NCBI GenBank assembly: GCA_049967655.1
Contig: JBMFSH010000006.1
Coordinates: 1 to 64,000, forward strand
DNA length: 64,000 nt
Direction: 5' to 3'
Source of the DNA: Acidobacteriota bacterium
GTDB taxonomy: Bacteria; Acidobacteriota; UBA4820; DSQY01
Positions 60,860-64,000 of the stretch are shown here, piece after piece (the stretch's first letter is position 1; every line of letters begins with the position of its first letter). The notes beneath the pieces were generated by a model. That model was not told the origin of the DNA and made no database searches. It saw only the letters and a list, made by a program, of their open reading frames with translations. The position numbers and the translations under genes are program-made.

Positions 60860-61542
60860 TGAAAAAACGACTGCTTTCTCTCGCATTCCTGGCGATCTCC
60901 GTGGTTGCCCTGGCCGGGGTCGTTCGGGTGCTGGCCCAGGCCGAGCCTTCGCAGGAGCCCCTGCCCCTCCGCGCCGCCCTGGCCGAACAGGAGGCCAGGC
61001 TGGCCACCTCGAACACCTTCTACCTCGAACTGGATCTCTCCCATCCTGCCATCAAGCTCTGCCATTCGGGAGTGGCCCTTGCTACCTATCCGATCGACTC
61101 CCTCAAGGTGGGGTATCCACGCATCTTCTTCTTCCCCCGGATGCATGAGGGGAAATGGATCGGCGAAATCTGGACCGGGGGCCACCTCATACCCCCGAAG
61201 ATCATCAACCGGATCCGCATCACGCCGGGAAGCGTGCCTTCGGCTGAAATCGCGGTTCCCGCCTTGATTCCGCCGACCATGTCCGATCTGATCCCCGTTC
61301 CACCCGTCTACACCATCGTTTTCGACGGCGGGAGAGTCATCCGCGTAACTCTGGTCGGAAAGATCACCGGAGCCGTCGGCCAGCCTGACAAGGAGCGGGG
61401 TTGGTGGGCGGACTTCTTGGCGGGTCTGGGCGTCCGGAGGGCGGACTCACTCCGCATCAGCGCCAGCATGCCGGCCAACGACGGGGCCGCCCTCTTCCGG
61501 TCCTTTCCCGACAAGCCTCCAGAACTCCTGATCCTACCGTAG
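60859..61542 (+). CDS. Exported protein, possibly a degenerate YkuD-like fold
   Basis: Signal/TM segment; YLELDLS..IKL...G..LATYPI resembles the YkuD N-terminus; no HG..GC motif. Confidence 0.55.
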   Translation: MKKRLLSLAFLAISVVALAGVVRVLAQAEPSQEPLPLRAALAEQEARLATSNTFYLELDLSHPAIKLCHSGVALATYPIDSLKVGYPRIFFFPRMHEGKWIGEIWTGGHLIPPKIINRIRITPGSVPSAEIAVPALIPPTMSDLIPVPPVYTIVFDGGRVIRVTLVGKITGAVGQPDKERGWWADFLAGLGVRRADSLRISASMPANDGAALFRSFPDKPPELLILP

Positions 61543-62328
61543 GCCCCGGAGCTCAAAGAGGCGAGTCCAAACGGCCGGCTCGACCTGGTTCGGCCTGGCC
61601 AGGCGATCGACCTCCACGCGTTCCAGGATCGCCGGCCAGCTTTCCACCGCATAACCCAGCGAGCGTCCCACCGCGCCCATGGCCTTCCGAGGCGAGGCGA
61701 AGGCCATCCGCAAGAAGGACCAGAAGCGCTCCTGCTCGTTCGGAGGAAGGCTTGCCCGCTCCTTCGGATCGAAGCGGCAGACGGCGGAGATCACCTTCGG
61801 GCAAGGCCTGAAGGCGCCTGGGGGGACCGAGAACAGCAGGCGGCGTTTCCACCAGCCGTCCGTCCAGACGGCGAGGGGGCCGTATCCCTCCCCTCCCGCG
61901 CTCGCACAGAACTTCCAGGCCACCTCCCGCTGGAGCATGACCACGGCGGAAGCCACTTCGCCCGGGCGCGAGAGGATTCTCCGCAAGATCTCCGTCCCCG
62001 CGTTGTAGGGAAGGTTGCCCACCACCAGCCACCTTGCGCCGCTCCCCGCCAGCTTCGGCAGGTCGAGCTCGCGTGCGTCCCCAAGCACTACGCGGAGGTC
62101 GGGCCGCTCTCGCGCGAGGGCCGCCGCCAGCTCCCGGTCCACCTCCACGGCCCACGTGGGAAGGTGCAGGTCGAGGAGACCCGACGTGAGCGCGCCGCCT
62201 CCCGGCCCGATCTCGAGGAGGGCGGTGGCCGAAGTGGAGGCCTCCCTCGCGGCCCCAAGGATTCGCTGAATCCAGACGGAATCCACGAGGAAATGCTGGC
62301 CCAGCGACTTCTTCGCCCGCGCGAGCAT
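61534..62328 (-). CDS. rsmA: 16S rRNA dimethyladenosine transferase
   Basis: KKSLGQHFL, EIGPGGG, GNLPYN, QREVA, F.P.PKV.S. Confidence 0.94.
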   Translation of the reverse strand: MLARAKKSLGQHFLVDSVWIQRILGAAREASTSATALLEIGPGGGALTSGLLDLHLPTWAVEVDRELAAALARERPDLRVVLGDARELDLPKLAGSGARWLVVGNLPYNAGTEILRRILSRPGEVASAVVMLQREVAWKFCASAGGEGYGPLAVWTDGWWKRRLLFSVPPGAFRPCPKVISAVCRFDPKERASLPPNEQERFWSFLRMAFASPRKAMGAVGRSLGYAVESWPAILERVEVDRLARPNQVEPAVWTRLFELRGLR

Positions 62329-62337
62329 GGGCCCGGA

Positions 62338-62940
62338 TCACGCGCCGTGGCGCAGGCGCTCCAGCGCCATGAAGATCTCACGGCCCACCCAGGCGTCCGT
62401 GGCGGCGTAGGAGATCTGGGCGGGGGCGAGTTCCGGCCTGCTCCAGTCCGACATCTTGGCCCGCTTGGAAACGCGGAATCCCAGCAGGCTCGCCGCGAGT
62501 CCCTTCAGGCCGTTGGCGGGGACCCCCGCCTCCGATGATAGTGTGGCGAGATCCACGAATCCCCTCGGTTCGAAGGTGTAGACCTCCTGGAGCTTCCGGA
62601 CATCGTAACCGGGCGCCACGCCCACCTTCAGGACGGCCGGATCGGACAGCAGGGCCAGCACCGGCCCCAGCCGATGGAGCCTCAGGAGCTGGAAGAGATA
62701 GGCTTCGGTGCCGCTGGAGAGCTGGAGGATGGCGGGAGGGTTGACCTGCCCCTTCGCAAAGGAGGGCTTGGTCTCCGTGTCGAAGCCCAGCACTCGTTCG
62801 CGGCCGAGCCGCTCGGCCGCGGAGCCCACCTGGGCGTCCGAATGGACCAGGTAGATGCTCCCCTCGAAACGCCGGATGGGGAGTGCGTTGATCGTCTCGG
62901 CCGTCCATTCCTGCCTGGGATCCGGTGCGGCGCCGTCCAA
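62338..62940 (-). CDS. 3'-5' exonuclease (DEDDy family)
   Basis: GFDTET, LQL, D..KL, SDW, QISYAATDA. Confidence 0.92.
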   Translation of the reverse strand: MDGAAPDPRQEWTAETINALPIRRFEGSIYLVHSDAQVGSAAERLGRERVLGFDTETKPSFAKGQVNPPAILQLSSGTEAYLFQLLRLHRLGPVLALLSDPAVLKVGVAPGYDVRKLQEVYTFEPRGFVDLATLSSEAGVPANGLKGLAASLLGFRVSKRAKMSDWSRPELAPAQISYAATDAWVGREIFMALERLRHGA

Positions 62941-63064
62941 CTCCGCCTCCTGCCTGCTCTCCCGGAATCACTGCGGGATTGATAGTGTAGCACGCCCGCT
63001 CTCCCCCTGGGCCACCTCTCGAACGGCTCCAGTGTTATAGTGATCACAACCAAGGAGGCACGCC

Positions 63065-63271
63065 ATGAACGAGAAGGTGTTCAAGAAGATTCGCGTCGTG
63101 GGCTGCAGCCCGGAGAGCTACCAGAAGGCCGTGGAATCGGCCGTGGTGAAGGCCGGGGCGTCGGTGCACGGTATGGCCTGGTTCGAGGTGGTGGAATTGC
63201 GCGGGGCCATCCAGGACGGCAAGACCTCCGAATGGCAAGCCACCGTGGAGATCGCATTCAAGGTGGAGTAA
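63065..63271 (+). CDS. Dodecin family flavin-binding protein
   Basis: KVFKKI.VVG.S, WFEV...RG, WQ....AF. Confidence 0.92.
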   Translation: MNEKVFKKIRVVGCSPESYQKAVESAVVKAGASVHGMAWFEVVELRGAIQDGKTSEWQATVEIAFKVE

Positions 63272-63439
63272 GGCTGGGGCTGAACCAGGACCAGGCTCCC
63301 GATCCGGAGGATCGTGGAAGAGGCACAGCGTTGTCGTGCCGGTATCTCGGTGCACTCGTCGGAAAGCCCCCACGCCACCGGCGGGACCCTCCTGATCCTT
63401 CAGAGACTTCCCGCGCCGGCCCGTAGAGTTCCTCCGCGC

Positions 63440-63590
63440 CACTCCACCAGAAACGGTCCAGGTCCACGGCGCCGTTCCGGAAGAGCACCCCTTCCGCCTG
63501 GAGCAAGGCCTGCTGGAGGTTGGTCTCTCCGTCGGCCTCCGAAAGAGGAGAGATCCGGCCTCGGACGTTGAGAACCCGGTGCCAGGGCGC
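63440..63590 (-). pseudogene. C-terminal fragment of an alkyltransferase-like (ATL/MGMT family) gene
   Basis: PWHRVLN..GRIS...Q..LL.AEGV.F....VDL..F.W; N-terminal half absent. Confidence 0.7.
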
Positions 63591-63843
63591 TGATGAGGCG
63601 GTCGTTCGTCCCGCAGCAGCCGCCCAGGAGGTTGAGCCCCCACCGTCGCCGGAGGCCCAGCGTCTGCGCGGCGAGGGACTAGGGCGAGTCGGAGGCCTCC
63701 AGAACGGGGCTTTCTCCCAGCCCTTCGGGGGCCGTGTCCGAGCCCTTGGCCTGCAGGCCAAGCCATGGCTGGACGAGCCATCCAGGCCAGAGGCCCTCGC
63801 GAAGCGGCCAGCGGGCACGAAGGGCTCGCAACGCTCGATTCAT
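63580..63843 (-). pseudogene. C-terminal fragment of a homocysteine S-methyltransferase family gene with in-frame TAG
   Basis: LGLQAKGS...EASDSP*SLAAQ...GLNLLGGCCGTNDRLISALA; stop at 63679-63681. Confidence 0.65.
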
Positions 63844-64000
63844 GATGGACCTCTCCTGGAGTTCAAGAGGCGCCCGGGGGCCGTGGCGCGGCGGAAGGAG
63901 GGCATGAGGAAGAGGACGGCGGCGATCCGGCCGAAGAGGAGGGCCCCCGCGGCGGCCGTGGCCCCCACCAGCCCGGCCGTTCGGATACCCACGAAGAGCG
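63840..64000 (-). CDS. 3' end of a probable membrane protein (runs off the window)
   Basis: Hydrophobic frame ..LFVGIRTAGLVGATAAAGALLFGRIAAVLFLM.. ending at TGA 63840-63842. Confidence 0.4.
   Translation of the reverse strand, partial: LFVGIRTAGLVGATAAAGALLFGRIAAVLFLMPSFRRATAPGRLLNSRRGPS

Noticed and set aside
63679..63681. Pyrrolysine or readthrough at the in-frame TAG
   Set aside because: The gene also lacks most of its N-terminus and no pyl genes are present; a nonsense mutation is simpler

Overview
GC-rich bacterial chromosomal window; gene content suggests an anaerobic Acidobacteriota-like organism (inference). From left to right: a glutamate dehydrogenase locus (one intact GDH, a GAF-like/PEP-pyruvate-binding dikinase-like protein, two GDH paralogs lacking catalytic lysines); class II ribonucleotide reductase nrdJ with tandem NrdR boxes; a minus-strand housekeeping run (DMT transporter, queCED, CNNM protein, thiE, accCB, ligA, histidine kinase, aroC, M50 protease, HU/IHF); a sigma-less partner-switching/diguanylate cyclase operon divergent from a probable non-canonical chaperone-usher-like pilus operon (sigma54-type promoters, three paralogous pilin-like genes, two sharing a 208-bp identical block); a PAS/GAF-GGDEF-EAL protein; a deoxyhypusine synthase-like gene; a cobalamin riboswitch ahead of a thioesterase/split nrdD/nrdG operon; a DtxR-feoABC-porin and Fur-ferritin metal module; an integrase remnant at tRNA-Pro(GGG); merR, ihf, thiD-like; a lipoprotein plus L,D-transpeptidase cluster; rsmA, a 3'-5' exonuclease, dodecin and fused gene remnants. 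A 64-98 bp intergenic repeat occurs three times. Best candidates for undescribed systems: the pilus-like locus with its signalling neighbours, the pseudo-GDH/dikinase module, and a possible Braun-lipoprotein analogue. All calls come from motif recognition by eye; no searches were run.
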